From assembly GCA_038321985.1 (NCBI GenBank), contig JBBQFN010000005.1, positions 167,806-231,805 of the forward strand: a stretch of 64,000 bases of DNA, read 5' to 3'. Made by a program: the position numbers and the translations under genes. Positions 22,228-33,292 of the stretch are shown piece after piece. The notes below the pieces were generated by a model. That model was given only the letters and a program-made list of their open reading frames with translations. It ran no database searches and was not told where the DNA came from. This DNA is from Cyanophyceae cyanobacterium. Lineage in GTDB: Bacteria; Cyanobacteriota; Cyanobacteriia; Cyanobacteriales; Laspinemataceae. The stretch's first letter is position 1; each line of letters begins with the position of its first letter.

Positions 22228-23472
22228 ATGGGATCTGCTGTGAAAGTTCCCCCGCTCGGTTTCGCGGGTTTATTGTCCATACCCCTTTTAACAGGATTAA
22301 CCCTGTTTTCTCCGCTACCCCTTCGGGCGCAAGGACTGTCTCAACCCGATGGATTAGATGGATTGCAGCCCTCTAAGCGCCCAACCGAAACCCTAACGCT
22401 TCCAACTCCGACGCAGCGGGGGGCCACATTCCCATTGCAGCCAACTTCGCAATCCATACCCCCACCGGAGGGCGTCACTCTACCCGAAGACCCCGAGGAT
22501 TTGCGCCGATTAGCTGCGGATAGCACCTTACTCAGTATGGAGGCGGGGCAGCGCTTAATCCAAGAAGCTAAGGAATCTGCTGCCGCTCAACAGTACGACC
22601 CAGCCGTAAGTAAGCTGCAACAATCCAGGGAGATTTTTAATCAACTTTCCACTTTCCACCAACAGCTTTATACCAGCTTTACCGGCATTGATAACCGCAT
22701 CGCCAATAACCAACGAACGCTCGCGGCAGAAACTGCCCAGATGCGAGACGAGGCGAGTTACGAACTAGCGGTGGTCCATAGCGCCCAAAATAAACCTGAA
22801 CTCGCTGTCCCCTTACTCATTCAGATTGTGGGGTCTCAACAGCCAACCCGAGAACTCGGTCGCCAAGCCTATCAGTTGCTAAGTGAAATCGGCTTTGTAG
22901 ATATCCCCAAGGAACCTACCAGTTCGGATGCCGCAGAAGCCGATGCCGTAGAAGCCGATGCCGCAGCCGATGCCGCAGCCGATGCCGCAGAAGTGGATGC
23001 CAACACTGAAGTCTCCCCGGAAGAACCCCGTATCAATCCTCAACAGACTGGACTGTTAAGCATTCAAGCGGGAAATCGGTTGATGGAAGAAGCTCGACAA
23101 TCTGCCGGTGCGGAACAGTATGAAGACGCGGTGAGTAAACTGCAACGGTCCCGGGAGATTTTCAATCAGCTGTCTAATTTTTATCAGCAGCTTTTTACGA
23201 GTTTTTCAGGAATCGATAACGCGACGGCAGAAAACCATCGGATCCTGGCAGCGGAAACCGCTGAAATGCGTGATTTAGCCACATACGAACTGGCCCTCGT
23301 GCATCGGGTGCAAAATCAACCGGCATTGGCGGTGCCTTTGTTGATTCAGATTATCCGTTCTCAGCAGCCAACGCGAGAGTTGGGGAAAAAAGCCTACGAG
23401 CAATTGTGGGAACTGGGTTTTGTGGATGCGCCCTATCCTGGAGGACGCCAGAGTTCCTCGGGGCTTCAGTAA
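22228..23472 (+). CDS. Exported cyanobacterial hypothetical protein with a tandemly duplicated helical domain
   Basis: Two ~125-aa copies (LLS..AG.RL...FNQLS.F.QQL...LAVPLLIQI...QPTRELG..AY..L.E.GFVD); signal-peptide-like N-terminus; ORF is open from 22051, so the start is uncertain. Confidence 0.8.
   Translation: MGSAVKVPPLGFAGLLSIPLLTGLTLFSPLPLRAQGLSQPDGLDGLQPSKRPTETLTLPTPTQRGATFPLQPTSQSIPPPEGVTLPEDPEDLRRLAADSTLLSMEAGQRLIQEAKESAAAQQYDPAVSKLQQSREIFNQLSTFHQQLYTSFTGIDNRIANNQRTLAAETAQMRDEASYELAVVHSAQNKPELAVPLLIQIVGSQQPTRELGRQAYQLLSEIGFVDIPKEPTSSDAAEADAVEADAAADAAADAAEVDANTEVSPEEPRINPQQTGLLSIQAGNRLMEEARQSAGAEQYEDAVSKLQRSREIFNQLSNFYQQLFTSFSGIDNATAENHRILAAETAEMRDLATYELALVHRVQNQPALAVPLLIQIIRSQQPTRELGKKAYEQLWELGFVDAPYPGGRQSSSGLQ
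22927..23001 (+). repeat. In-frame tandem repeat (GATGCCGCAGAAGCC / GATGCCGCAGCC units)
   Basis: About six 12-15 bp units encoding the DAAEA/DAAA linker. Confidence 0.85.
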
Positions 23473-23593
23473 CACTGCGCGATTGCCTAGGGAATTTTGC
23501 GAAATTTACCCCCCTTGTTTTCCCTGTTCCGGTGGCGATCGCCCTTCTACAATTAAATTAGACTACTAATATGAAGTATGGACAGGAGTAACA

Positions 23594-23854
23594 ATGGTTA
23601 GCCCGGATCAGGTAAAGGCAATGATCGAGGCAAAATTGCCCGATGCTCAGGTGAAGGTTGAAGATTTGACTGGCACCCGAGATCACTATCAGGTCATCGT
23701 CATTTCTTCCCACTTTGAAGGACTACCCCGAGTGCGGCAGCATCAGTTGGTGTATGGTTCCCTACAAGAGGCTATGTCCACAGAGGCGATCCATGCGCTA
23801 ACCATGAAGACTTATACCCCTAACGCTTGGAGTGAAGTCTCTGGGGCCGTCTGA
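23594..23854 (+). CDS. bolA: BolA family protein
   Basis: DHYQV.VISS.FEG..RV.QHQLVY, IHAL; adjacent to grxD. Confidence 0.9.
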   Translation: MVSPDQVKAMIEAKLPDAQVKVEDLTGTRDHYQVIVISSHFEGLPRVRQHQLVYGSLQEAMSTEAIHALTMKTYTPNAWSEVSGAV

Positions 23855-23958
23855 TCACTACCCAGTCTCGTCAAGCTGTCAATACGGGCGATCGCCCTGG
23901 CTACTCCCGTACCCAATTCTGGCACAGTAACACCCCCTTACCTTAACGAACACCAATC

Positions 23959-24288
23959 ATGACTATAACTCCCGAACTCAAAGAGCGAATTGACAATATC
24001 GTAAACCGTAACAAAATTACGGTTTTCCTGAAGGGAACCAAGCTGATGCCCCAATGTGGTTTTTCCAACAATGTGGTGCAGATTCTCAACACCTTGGGCG
24101 TTCCTTACGAAACCGTTAACGTTCTAGAAGACTTTGATATTCGTCAGGGGATCAAAGACTATTCTAACTGGCCTACCATTCCCCAGGTCTATGTTAATGG
24201 GGAATTTGTTGGGGGTTCTGATATTCTTATCGAACTCTATCAAACCGGTGAATTGCAACAAATGGTAGAAGTTGCTCTGGCTTCTTAA
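23959..24288 (+). CDS. grxD: Monothiol glutaredoxin (Grx4)
   Basis: [22 protein letters not shown]. Confidence 0.95.
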   Translation: MTITPELKERIDNIVNRNKITVFLKGTKLMPQCGFSNNVVQILNTLGVPYETVNVLEDFDIRQGIKDYSNWPTIPQVYVNGEFVGGSDILIELYQTGELQQMVEVALAS

Positions 24289-24340
24289 TCTGAAGCCATT
24301 TAAGGTTTAACACCACGGTTAAAGTGTTTTATTTTAGGGT

Positions 24341-24378
24341 TAGAAAGGGTTTGATTGATCAAGCCCTTTCTATTTTAT
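24341..24378. terminator. Intrinsic terminator after grxD
   Basis: TAGAAAGGGTTTGA/TCAAGCCCTTTCTA stem followed by TTTT. Confidence 0.7.
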
Positions 24379-24503
24379 GAAATCTTCCAATAAATAGTCT
24401 TTAAATTATTAATACATTGCTCAAGAAACCCAAGCATCAATAGCGATCGCGCTATGATGCTGGTTGTGGGTTGGGATCTCCTGTCAAATTCCCAGGGGAG
24501 GTG

Positions 24504-24755
24504 TCAATAGTAGCCCCTTTCAGGTTGAGGCTGGGGCACCATCTCGAAATTAGACGGGTCATGGAGAAAGCGAATCACTTCTTCCTCAAACCTGTGGATG
24601 TGAAAGGCTTCGATGGTATTCGTTTGTCTCAAGGCGGCAATATACCCTTCTAAATAAAGGCGGAGGTCATCAATGCGATATCCCCGGTTCCACATATCCA
24701 CAAGGGAGTCAGTGAGCTTTTGATAATGGCGAATGGTTGCAGTATCTTGAAGCAT
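24504..24755 (-). CDS. Small conserved cyanobacterial protein (DUF6761-like)
   Basis: MLQDT.TIR.YQKLTD..V..W.RGY...LRLYL.GY; divergent from nrrA. Confidence 0.75.
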   Translation of the reverse strand: MLQDTATIRHYQKLTDSLVDMWNRGYRIDDLRLYLEGYIAALRQTNTIEAFHIHRFEEEVIRFLHDPSNFEMVPQPQPERGYY

Positions 24756-25140
24756 AATTAAAACCTCGAATGGTGTAAAAGTTAGCAATTAGCCGGTAGC
24801 CAAAGTCCGTTGTTTCTTATCCTTGAGCTTTAAAGTCAGTGCCAACCCTAGGGTTGGTACTCCCGGATCCAGACTGATGAACAAGCCGCTCAAAAAGTCT
24901 TCAGCGGCAACGCCCAGCAAATCTCGGAGCCTTTACTCTACCCAAGGGAAAAATCTGGGGATCGGGGGATCGCCCAAGAGAACTCGGTCTGAGGTTACAC
25001 CGGATCACTGCGCTACTCTTATTTTAGTGCCATTTTCAGGAAGGGTCTGGTTATTGTGGCATTGCGATCGCCCAGGGCACAAACTTTTTACCTGGATCGC
25101 GGCTTTTTTGGAATTCCTTAACCTTTATGGGGGACTCAGA

Positions 25141-25182
25141 GTAGCGGAAGTTACAAAACCCTGACAAAAGGTTTGCTAACCT
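25141..25182 (+). promoter_or_regulatory. NtcA-activated class II promoter of nrrA
   Basis: GTA-GCGGAAGT-TAC (GTAN8TAC, 25141-25154), then 22 nt, then the -10 box TAACCT (25177-25182). Confidence 0.9.
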
Positions 25183-25215
25183 AAATTTCACCGACGTGAA
25201 GGAAACAACTCAGTT

Positions 25216-25995
25216 GTGGGATCTGTTTGCATTTTAATTGTGGAAGGCAATCCTCATCTGCGATCGCTGTTAGGGTGGCACCTACAGCAAGTGGGATATG
25301 GGGTTTATCAATCAGCGGACATCCGTCATGCCCGAGAAATTTTCTATAATCGCCATCCGACTCTAGTCATCCTTGACAACGAATTACCCGATGGCGATGG
25401 TTTGGAATTTTGCCGTTGGCTCTACCAGCAGCAAGAAACGTTGATTTTAATCCTATCGGCTCGCAATACCGAATCCGATATTGTAGAAGGCTTGAAGTCA
25501 GGAGCCGATGACTACCTGAAAAAACCCTTCGGGATGCAGGAATTTTTGGCCCGTGTCGAATCCCTGGTCCGACGTCATCGCCGGATGACACCACCGGCGA
25601 GCTTAGATTACGGAGACCTGCAAATTGATTTAGTCCAGCGCCGGGTTCGCTATCAAGAGGACGCGATCGAACTCACACCCCAAGAATTTAGTCTGCTCTA
25701 CGTCCTCGCTCAAGCTGGGGGCCTGCCCATGAGCCGTCCGGAGTTGCTGCGCCGAGCATGGCCGGATGCCATTGATAACCCCCGCACTATTGACACTCAT
25801 GTGCTCTCCCTGCGGAAAAAAATCGAAACTGACCCCCGACAACCGAGCCTGATTCAAACGGTTCGTAATGTTGGGTATCGGTTGAATACTGAAATGCTCA
25901 ATGCGACTCTCCCCCCGCAAATTGAACAAGCGGGGAAAAAAACCCTGATGCGTCAGTTAACTCAAGTCGGCGCGGTTCCTCTGTCTCACGGTTAA
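25216..25995 (+). CDS. nrrA: OmpR-family nitrogen-regulated response regulator NrrA (Rre37)
   Basis: Characteristic N-terminus IVEGNPHLRSLLGWHLQQ; winged helix PRTIDTHVLSLRKK..TVRNVGY; NtcA box upstream. Confidence 0.88.
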   Translation: MGSVCILIVEGNPHLRSLLGWHLQQVGYGVYQSADIRHAREIFYNRHPTLVILDNELPDGDGLEFCRWLYQQQETLILILSARNTESDIVEGLKSGADDYLKKPFGMQEFLARVESLVRRHRRMTPPASLDYGDLQIDLVQRRVRYQEDAIELTPQEFSLLYVLAQAGGLPMSRPELLRRAWPDAIDNPRTIDTHVLSLRKKIETDPRQPSLIQTVRNVGYRLNTEMLNATLPPQIEQAGKKTLMRQLTQVGAVPLSHG

Positions 25996-26037
25996 AGTCC
26001 CTTGACGCCTACAAGGGAATCGGTCAATTCCCCCAAT

Positions 26038-26805
26038 TCATTCCCACTCCGAGGCCGCCTCTACTTCCGCTTGGACGATCGCCGAGCGTAACTGGGCTGA
26101 GTCGATCTGCTCCTCTAGCAGGTCCTCAAGGAGGGTACCCTGGTGTAAATATAATAAGCGGTTGCAAAACTGTTGGGCGAGGTCGAGTTGGTGATTGACC
26201 ATAATCAGAGTGGTCTCCGTGTTCAGGGCCACTTCGGATAAGACTTGTAGGAGGTGGTTCGCACGACCCACATCTAAGGCGGAGGTCGGTTCGTCTAGTA
26301 ACAAAATCTTCGGTTCAATGACTAACGCGCGGCATAAGGCTACAAGTTGTCTCTGTCCTGCCGAGAGCTGCATTTCTGTTCGTCCTAGCCATTCGGCAGG
26401 TAGATGTAGGCGATCCATCCAATGTGAAACTCTCTCCTGAATCTCTGGGGATTTAATTCCGCGTAGATTCAGGGGATAGGCGATCGCCTCCTTGACGGTC
26501 ATGCCTAAAAGTTTTGAATCTTGCAGGACTAAGGTCACTTGCTGACGCAGTTGCAGTACCGGGATTTTCCGATAATCTTGGCCCTCCAGGTAAAGGGTGC
26601 CACTGCTCGGGTCAATCAGTCGAGCCATGAGTCGTAACAGGGAAGTTTTTCCCCCACCAGATGGGCCAACAATGGCAAGACGATCGCCCGGGTAAACTTC
26701 AAAACAAATCTCATTCAGGATGGGTTTTTCCACCCTCGCCCCTGCGATCGCCGCTTTCAGGCTGACCCGATCCAGCCGCAGTTGAGCATTTCGTTCTGTT
26801 GGCAA
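26038..26805 (-). CDS. ABC transporter ATP-binding protein
   Basis: GPSGGGKT, LSAGQRQ, LLLDEPTSALD, H-loop. Confidence 0.9.
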   Translation of the reverse strand: MPTERNAQLRLDRVSLKAAIAGARVEKPILNEICFEVYPGDRLAIVGPSGGGKTSLLRLMARLIDPSSGTLYLEGQDYRKIPVLQLRQQVTLVLQDSKLLGMTVKEAIAYPLNLRGIKSPEIQERVSHWMDRLHLPAEWLGRTEMQLSAGQRQLVALCRALVIEPKILLLDEPTSALDVGRANHLLQVLSEVALNTETTLIMVNHQLDLAQQFCNRLLYLHQGTLLEDLLEEQIDSAQLRSAIVQAEVEAASEWE

Positions 26806-26898
26806 GAGTTTTTTTATCTTTAAAATTCATCTTGATCTAGTCTAATCTTATCGGGCTTGTCCCCTTAAAAAAGGACCCAGACTTGCGGTACTTTGCCC

Positions 26899-27483
26899 TT
26901 AACTCCCCAAAGTCACTGCCGTGGCGATCGTCCAAAGATCCACCAGTAACAACAGCATGGTAAATCCTAGCAAAATAAAATACATCCAAGGTTGCGCTAA
27001 CGGACGTACATCCCGGGTATCAATTCCCGTTTTCGCTTCCACAATTTTGACCAACTCGGAAAACCCTACCACCCGCATCGGCAACAGATAACCTTGCCCT
27101 GATTTACTTACAAAATAATAAACCAGCCCCCCTTGGCCGGTGGTGCGCGGTTTAAGCTGCGCTACCTCCTGCCACGGCAACATCCAGCCTTTACGCAGGA
27201 CACGGGGAACCCACTGGGGATAGGTGACTTGAATTCCTTCTGCATTGGCGATCGCTCGTTCACTCAGCGCTCCATACAGGGCCACCGCCCCCATTGCCAA
27301 ACCCACCCACAGCACCCCAGGAGAAATCGCGGCCCCAGTTGCTTTGGACAAAAACGGTAGAGGCAGGGTGAGGGCAATATATAAGCTCAACAGCGTGATC
27401 CGAATTAGAGGAGAAATCCGAAATTCCCGGACTTCCATCTCTTGGGTTTCACCTTGCTCGCCTAGTTTGTTGACAGGAGCCAT
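26899..27483 (-). CDS. Conserved cyanobacterial membrane protein
   Basis: Three hydrophobic segments; KPRTTGQGGLVYYF, YLLPMRV, RPLAQPWMY. Confidence 0.75.
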   Translation of the reverse strand: MAPVNKLGEQGETQEMEVREFRISPLIRITLLSLYIALTLPLPFLSKATGAAISPGVLWVGLAMGAVALYGALSERAIANAEGIQVTYPQWVPRVLRKGWMLPWQEVAQLKPRTTGQGGLVYYFVSKSGQGYLLPMRVVGFSELVKIVEAKTGIDTRDVRPLAQPWMYFILLGFTMLLLLVDLWTIATAVTLGS

Positions 27484-27647
27484 TTTAATTCTTTTAAAAA
27501 AATCAGAGCATTTCAGGCCGGTTTAATACCAAATCTGGTATTAAAAAGTCGGTTTTCCCTTTAGCCCGCTTCGACGGGCTTTATCCGTAGAGCTTCCAGG
27601 GTTTGGGCTGTGGGTTTTTCTTATAAAAATCGGCTAGGGTATCACCC

Positions 27648-27679
27648 CTGTAGAGACGCGAAATTTCGGGTCTCTACAG
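27648..27679. repeat. REP-like palindrome
   Basis: CTGTAGAGACGCG-AAATTT-CGGGTCTCTACAG; GTAG-initiated hairpin. Confidence 0.65.
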
Positions 27680-27731
27680 TTAGGTATGGGGCAAACCTAG
27701 ACCGGGTTTTTCCCGAGGGCATCAACGGGGA

Positions 27732-28169
27732 TTAAGGTAGATATTTTTGCACCACCGTCCACCCCGTCCAGGATACCCAGGCCAAGGCCACAAATAAAAT
27801 GGCATTGCTTGTCACGTGAAGCGATCGCGCCCATTGACGCCCCGGCGCGATCTGATGCGCACTCCAGGCCGACAGGATCACCAGTCCCACTACTAACAAT
27901 CCAGCCCCTAAATGGACAGAATGACCCAGGGATCCATAATGGCCCAGAGTACCCACAATCCCCACGGCCAAGAGTAGCAAGACTAGAGCTACTAGCGCCA
28001 CACCGAATCCATAGTGGAGCGATCGCACGAAAATCCGTCCTTGTTTACGGGAGAGACGCGCGCCGTACATCCACACCCCACTCACCGCGAGTAAGCTGTA
28101 GGCGAGTATTGAAAAACCCATTGACCAGGCTGCGATTTTCCACAACCAGAGGAAAGAAGGCAGATCCAC
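27732..28169 (-). CDS. DUF4079-like membrane protein (cytochrome b561-like His pattern)
   Basis: Four TM segments; RSLH, GHYGSLGHSVH, RSLHV. Confidence 0.75.
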   Translation of the reverse strand: MDLPSFLWLWKIAAWSMGFSILAYSLLAVSGVWMYGARLSRKQGRIFVRSLHYGFGVALVALVLLLLAVGIVGTLGHYGSLGHSVHLGAGLLVVGLVILSAWSAHQIAPGRQWARSLHVTSNAILFVALAWVSWTGWTVVQKYLP

Positions 28170-28396
28170 AAACTATTATCCTAAACAGTGACCTAACTGG
28201 TCCGTTTCCGGTGAATACTCTTGCTGAATACTCGTTCCAGTCAAATTTAACGATAACACTCGTTTACTCGGATGGGTTAATGCCACCCTGATTTTTGATT
28301 CCTAGTTTTTCAGCCCAGGAAGTAGCTTATTAAATGATAGAGGGTTGCAGTATTAGTAACACAAGCAACCCTTAAAACCTATCTATCTTCATCTTA

Positions 28397-28789
28397 TTAA
28401 ACCGAAGTTAAGGCAGTCATACAGAAGGGATCACTCAAAGCTATCCCTTTATTATCAATGGGGGGATTTATAAGGGGACGCTTGGGCATTTCCTGCCGTT
28501 CTGGTGTAGAAGATTGTAAAGAGGGATCACTCTCATCCATGACTCGGAGCCGCTGACAGGGAATTCTATCGGATAAAATAGCGCTAGCCATCATCCCCGT
28601 ATGAATTTCTAACAAGGCTTCTGGGAATGCTTCAAAAACAAGACGCTGACCCGGAAACACAACCCGCTCAAAATACCAGTTGGGAATATTAGTAACCCGA
28701 GCAATCTGGATTTTGCTAGTGGCATTGACATAGCAGCAGAGAATTTGACCTCGGCGGTCAGCTGGGATGGGATCGAGGATTTGAGCCAT
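28397..28789 (-). CDS. DUF1830 domain protein
   Basis: CCYVNATSKIQIARVTNIPNWYFERVVFPGQRLVFEA; start placed at MAQILDP. Confidence 0.8.
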   Translation of the reverse strand: MAQILDPIPADRRGQILCCYVNATSKIQIARVTNIPNWYFERVVFPGQRLVFEAFPEALLEIHTGMMASAILSDRIPCQRLRVMDESDPSLQSSTPERQEMPKRPLINPPIDNKGIALSDPFCMTALTSV

Positions 28790-28903
28790 AACCTTTGGAG
28801 GAGCTTTTTTCAAAAAAACTTTATACCCTCTAACCCTAACACTAGCCGATCCCCGCAAGCTGTAAACGCGACTACCAACTGAAGAGGATCTGGCAAAATT
28901 TTT

Positions 28904-29691
28904 GGCGTTGCACATCTATGGTATGATTGCATTAAACAGGGGTCCCATCCTTCAATTAGGCAGGGGTACAGTCTTATGTTTCAGGTAGTACAGAAGCAAT
29001 CTGATAGAAATCCTTAACATTTCTACAGATTTTGAATAACATAAAGTTTTTCTATGGAGGCGGGCTAGATAATGTCTTAATCGCGTGTTTTCTCCTTCTA
29101 CCCGAGTCATGTAGGGCTTGCTAACTATATGGTCAAGTTCATCAATAAATTGAGGGTAAACTGCATAGCCATCCGTCACATAAAAAAACATTCCCAGCCT
29201 CGAATGATTTTCCATAAGGGTTTAAATGTTTCAGAGGATCTATCCCCGACCACAAAAGCTAAAATTCCTGGAAACCTTTTGTCTACAGCCGTCCAGACCC
29301 AGACTTTCTGTTTTTTTTACCCACATAAGTCTGTAACTCATCAACTTGAGAGACTTCAAGAATCTCTTGATAATCTGGGTCAGGTGGTAAATTATTGGCC
29401 GCAGCTTTTACCCAATTAATAACGGTATTATGACAAACTCCAGTTAATCTTTCTATCCGTCGAAATCCGTTACCTTCAACATAGAGATGTAAACAGTGTC
29501 GCTTGACTTCTTCGGGATAACCTACTGGAGAATAGACGTCGATAAATTGACGACCACAATCCTTACATATATGGTTCTGTTTTCCTCTCTTTAAGCCATT
29601 TTTACTGATATTGGTGGACTGACACTTAGGACAAATCATATTCTCTAGGGGTAGAGGCTACCCCCTTATCATACCATAGGTGTGCAACGCC
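28904..29691 (-). mobile_element. IS1-family element, probably inactive
   Basis: 24-bp IRs GGCGTTGCACATCTATGGTATGAT (28904-28927) and ATCATACCATAGGTGTGCAACGCC (29668-29691); no target duplication visible. Confidence 0.9.
28952..29639 (-). pseudogene. IS1 transposase InsA/InsB
   Basis: InsA zinc finger CPKC..CKDC and HTH; A8 slippery site near 29311-29318; extra frameshift in a T7 run near 29182; InsB motifs TDGY, RVEGENTRLRH. Confidence 0.85.
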
Positions 29692-31472
29692 CATTCATCG
29701 GGTTTACCGGCACTCCCATCGAAGCCACGGACAAAAACACCAAACAGATTTTCGGCGACTATATCGACATCTACGACATTCACTGGGCCGTTGAAGACCG
29801 GGCTACGGTCAAACTTTACTATGAAGCTCGACTCGCCAAAATCAACCTAGACGAGAGCGAAAAACCAACCATTGACCCTGACTTTGAAGAACTAACCGAA
29901 GCCCAGGAGCAATCCACTAAACAGCAACTCAAGCGCAAATGGGCACAGTTGGAAGCGATGGTTGGCGCAGAAAAACGACTCGCCCAAGTGGCCCAAGATA
30001 TGATCCAGCACTTCGAGAACCGTCTCACGGGAATGGAGGGCAAAGGACTAATTGTCTGCATGAGTCGCCGCATCTGTGTTGACCTCTACAGCCAACTGAT
30101 CGCACTGCATCCGGACTGGCACGATGAGGACGATAGCAAGGGTGCCATTAAAGTGATTATGACCGGCAGCGCCTCCGACCCGCTAAATTTCCAGCCTCAC
30201 ATTCATTCCAAGAAAGCCCGAGATGCGATCGCCAAACGGTTACGCAACCCCAACGACCCCCTCAAGCTCGTGATTGTCCGGGATATGTGGCTGACGGGAT
30301 TTGATGCGCCTTGCTTGCATACCATGTATATTGATAAGCCCATGCGGGGTCATAACCTGATGCAAGCGATCGCCCGAGTGAATCGGGTGTTTGGTTCTAA
30401 GCCCGGGGGACTGGTGGTGGACTATCTGGGGATTGCCCAAGACCTCAAAAACGCGCTTAAAGATTATACCGAAGGAGATCGCACCGAAACAGGCATCCCC
30501 ATCGCGCAAGCAGTTGCCGTCATGCTAGAAAAATACGAAATCGTGGGGGCGATGTTTCACGGCTTCGATTACTCTGCTTTCCAGAGCGGCACTCCACCCC
30601 AACGGCTAACCGTTTTGAATAACGCCACCGACTGGATTCTACGTCCCGAGTTTGCAGCGGAAAACGGCATCCAGCGCTACATCCAAGCGGTTACCGAACT
30701 GTCCAAAGCCTTCGCGTTATGCGCTAGCGAAGATGAGGCGATCGCCATTCGAGAAGACTTAGGCTTTTTCCAAGCAATTAAAGCCACCCTCGCTAAACAT
30801 ACCGTCGAAGGCAGCAAAACCAAAGCCGAACTAGATGCAGCAGTGCGTCAAATTGTCACCCGGGCGATCGCTTCTGACCCGGTTATCGATATTTTTGCCA
30901 CTGCCGGACTCGGCAAACCTGAAATTTCCATCCTCTCAGATGAGTTTTTAGAAGAAGTGCGCGGACTGCCTCAGAAGAACTTAGCTTTGGAGATGTTGAG
31001 GAAGCTGCTCAATGATGAGATTCGATCGCGCCGTAACGTGGTGCAGTCTCGGCAGTTCTCGGAGATGCTGGAAAATACCATCAAGCGATATCAAAATCGC
31101 TCGATTGAATCGGCACAAGTGATACAAGAACTGATCCACCTGGCTCAAGAGATTCGGGATGCTAACCGCAGAGGAGAAGACCTCGGTTTGACTGAAGACG
31201 AACTGGCTTTTTATCATGCCTTGGAGGTGGATGATAGTACAGTGCAGGTGTTGGGAGATCCCACACTCAAGGCGATCGCCCGTGATCTAGTTACCGCTAT
31301 CCGAAACAATGTATCTATTGACTGGACGGAACGGGAAACGGTTCAGACTAAAGTTCGGGGGATTGTCAAACGGTTGTTACGCAAGTATGGCTACCCACCC
31401 GCTAAACAACAACAGACCACGGAAACGGTGCTCACTCAAGCCCAAACCCTTTGTAAAGACGGGGCGGCTTGA
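29692..31472 (+). pseudogene. hsdR: Type I restriction enzyme R subunit, C-terminal half only
   Basis: Begins at FIGFTGTP exactly at the IS1 boundary; [22 protein letters not shown]3387-like C-terminus; nuclease domain and Walker A/B missing. Confidence 0.9.
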
Positions 31473-31654
31473 AGAGGCGATCGTACCGGTATCCGCTTTA
31501 TCCTTCTTTTAACGTGGCTCATATCCGGGCTTTATACCAAATCCGGGTATCAAAAGTCGTTTTAATTTCATCTGATGTTTCCCGGACCAAAGCATCGGTC
31601 CGGGTTAGGGTGGGGTCCACTAAGTTGAGCTCTTTTTAACAGACTTATAACTAG

Positions 31655-33231
31655 GGTTTGCTGAAAAAGTTATAAAAAGGAGGGGGCGGGCAATGAACCA
31701 GAGACCCAGTTTCTTCACGGTATAAGCAGGGTTTTACTTCGAGTTGTCAATTCATATCTCAAGTTAGTCCTTAAGGATAAAATTACAAGAGTTTGGAAAA
31801 ATTGACACAAAAAAAGACAGTAAAACTGCCTGAGCAGTTTCACTGCTGTTGAGCACTAAAAACGTAAGATTAATAGAAGTTTCCGAAGTATTAGATAACT
31901 TAGTCATGATTCGATTCAGACTAAATCTTCTTTTACCCTGTCCAAATTTCCCTTCAATTTCGTTGCAAATTCGCTCATCTTCTTGGGCTTGTTTTTTAGC
32001 TTGAAGGCTGACTTGGGCCGGAGGTCTCCCTAATGGAGGACCGCTCAATCTAATTCCTCTTTCTTTACACCACGCTCGATTGACTCGGGGGCGATAAATT
32101 TTATCTGCGTGAACCGATTCCGGGTAAAATCCGGTATATTCTTTGTAAGATTCTACTTGACTAATAAAATCTCCACTTTCATTATAGTTTTCCCAGCTAA
32201 TTTTGTCGAGAAATACATATCCTTCTACACAACTAACTGATAACTTGGCTCCGAATTCTGTAGGACTTCCTGACTTGTCTCTAACGATTGGAGGGATAGG
32301 AGGTTGGGTTAAACTGACAATTCGATGTTCGGTTCTTTTTTGATTATTTGACCACCTCCAATGCTGTTGACGATAAATTTCGCTTGAGACCAATAAATTC
32401 CTGTATTTCCTTCTGTTTAAGAGTTCTAGGCTGGCCCTGTTCTCGATTAACTTCTCAATATGTCCCAAATTTCGTTTGATATATGGCAGTTATTTTTTAA
32501 CGAATTCTCTCCTTTCTTGAACAGATAACTTCCTTTTTTATCGAATTTTAAATAATCTTTTCGAGCCTTTCTTCTGTAAGTTCTTGATTTCTTGTCTAGG
32601 TTATCCTTCAGGGATTTATATAATAAGCCTATGATAATTTCGGTAGTTTCTCTCCCTTGATTTAACAGGTCCACATCCGTGGGCTATTTGATATCCGCAG
32701 GGGAAACCGTTGCATCCATTAATAGCTGACCTCTATTTACTTTGGGGTTTTCGGCCTCTTCTAACTTTTTTGTGCTGGGGCCCTCCGGATTGAGTCCTAG
32801 ACTTTTTTGGACGATTCTTCGATTAATTTTTTGAAGCATAGCCGGAGTAATTCTTTTACGAAAATGAACCATCATTGAGGGGTCAAAGGGCGCTTCGTTC
32901 TGATAACTATTTTCTCCAATAAAATACTGTAAGTAAGGTTTGGCTGGCACTTCTATTTCTTCAGAGAAATTTTGGGCATATTCTGACTCAAAGCAAGGAC
33001 CATGGAATTAGCTTCGACAGAACTACCCAACGATTTTCTTCACATAGCTGGACCCAATGAGGGAAGTTCAAAGGCTTCTTCTGGCCCCAGAGGGTTTTGT
33101 GATTTTCGATACATTTTTCCGGCACAAATGCACAAAAATTTCCCATTTTACCTCTTTTTCCGGTCCTTTGTGTCCTGGCAATACTTCTAAAATCCTTGTA
33201 CAGTCAGCATTTCGCTTCTTTTCAGCAAGCC
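31655..33231 (-). mobile_element. IS5-family element, degenerate
   Basis: IRs GGTTTGCTGAAAA / TTTTCAGCAAGCC, flanked by CTAG at 31651 and 33232. Confidence 0.85.
31764..32950 (-). pseudogene. IS5-family transposase in three frameshifted fragments
   Basis: PYLQYFIG, PFDPSMMVHFRKR, DATV.PADI, RIVSL.QP, EFGAK, ADKIY, IEGKFG. Confidence 0.88.
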
Positions 33232-33292
33232 CTAGCTATTCATCTTCCCAAAGACTGAGAAACGGAATACCTACTGGAAAACTTTAAATCAT

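Noticed and set aside
25141..25182. NtcA box as a new finding
   Set aside because: The site is real, but NtcA control of nrrA is established; it is listed as a feature only.
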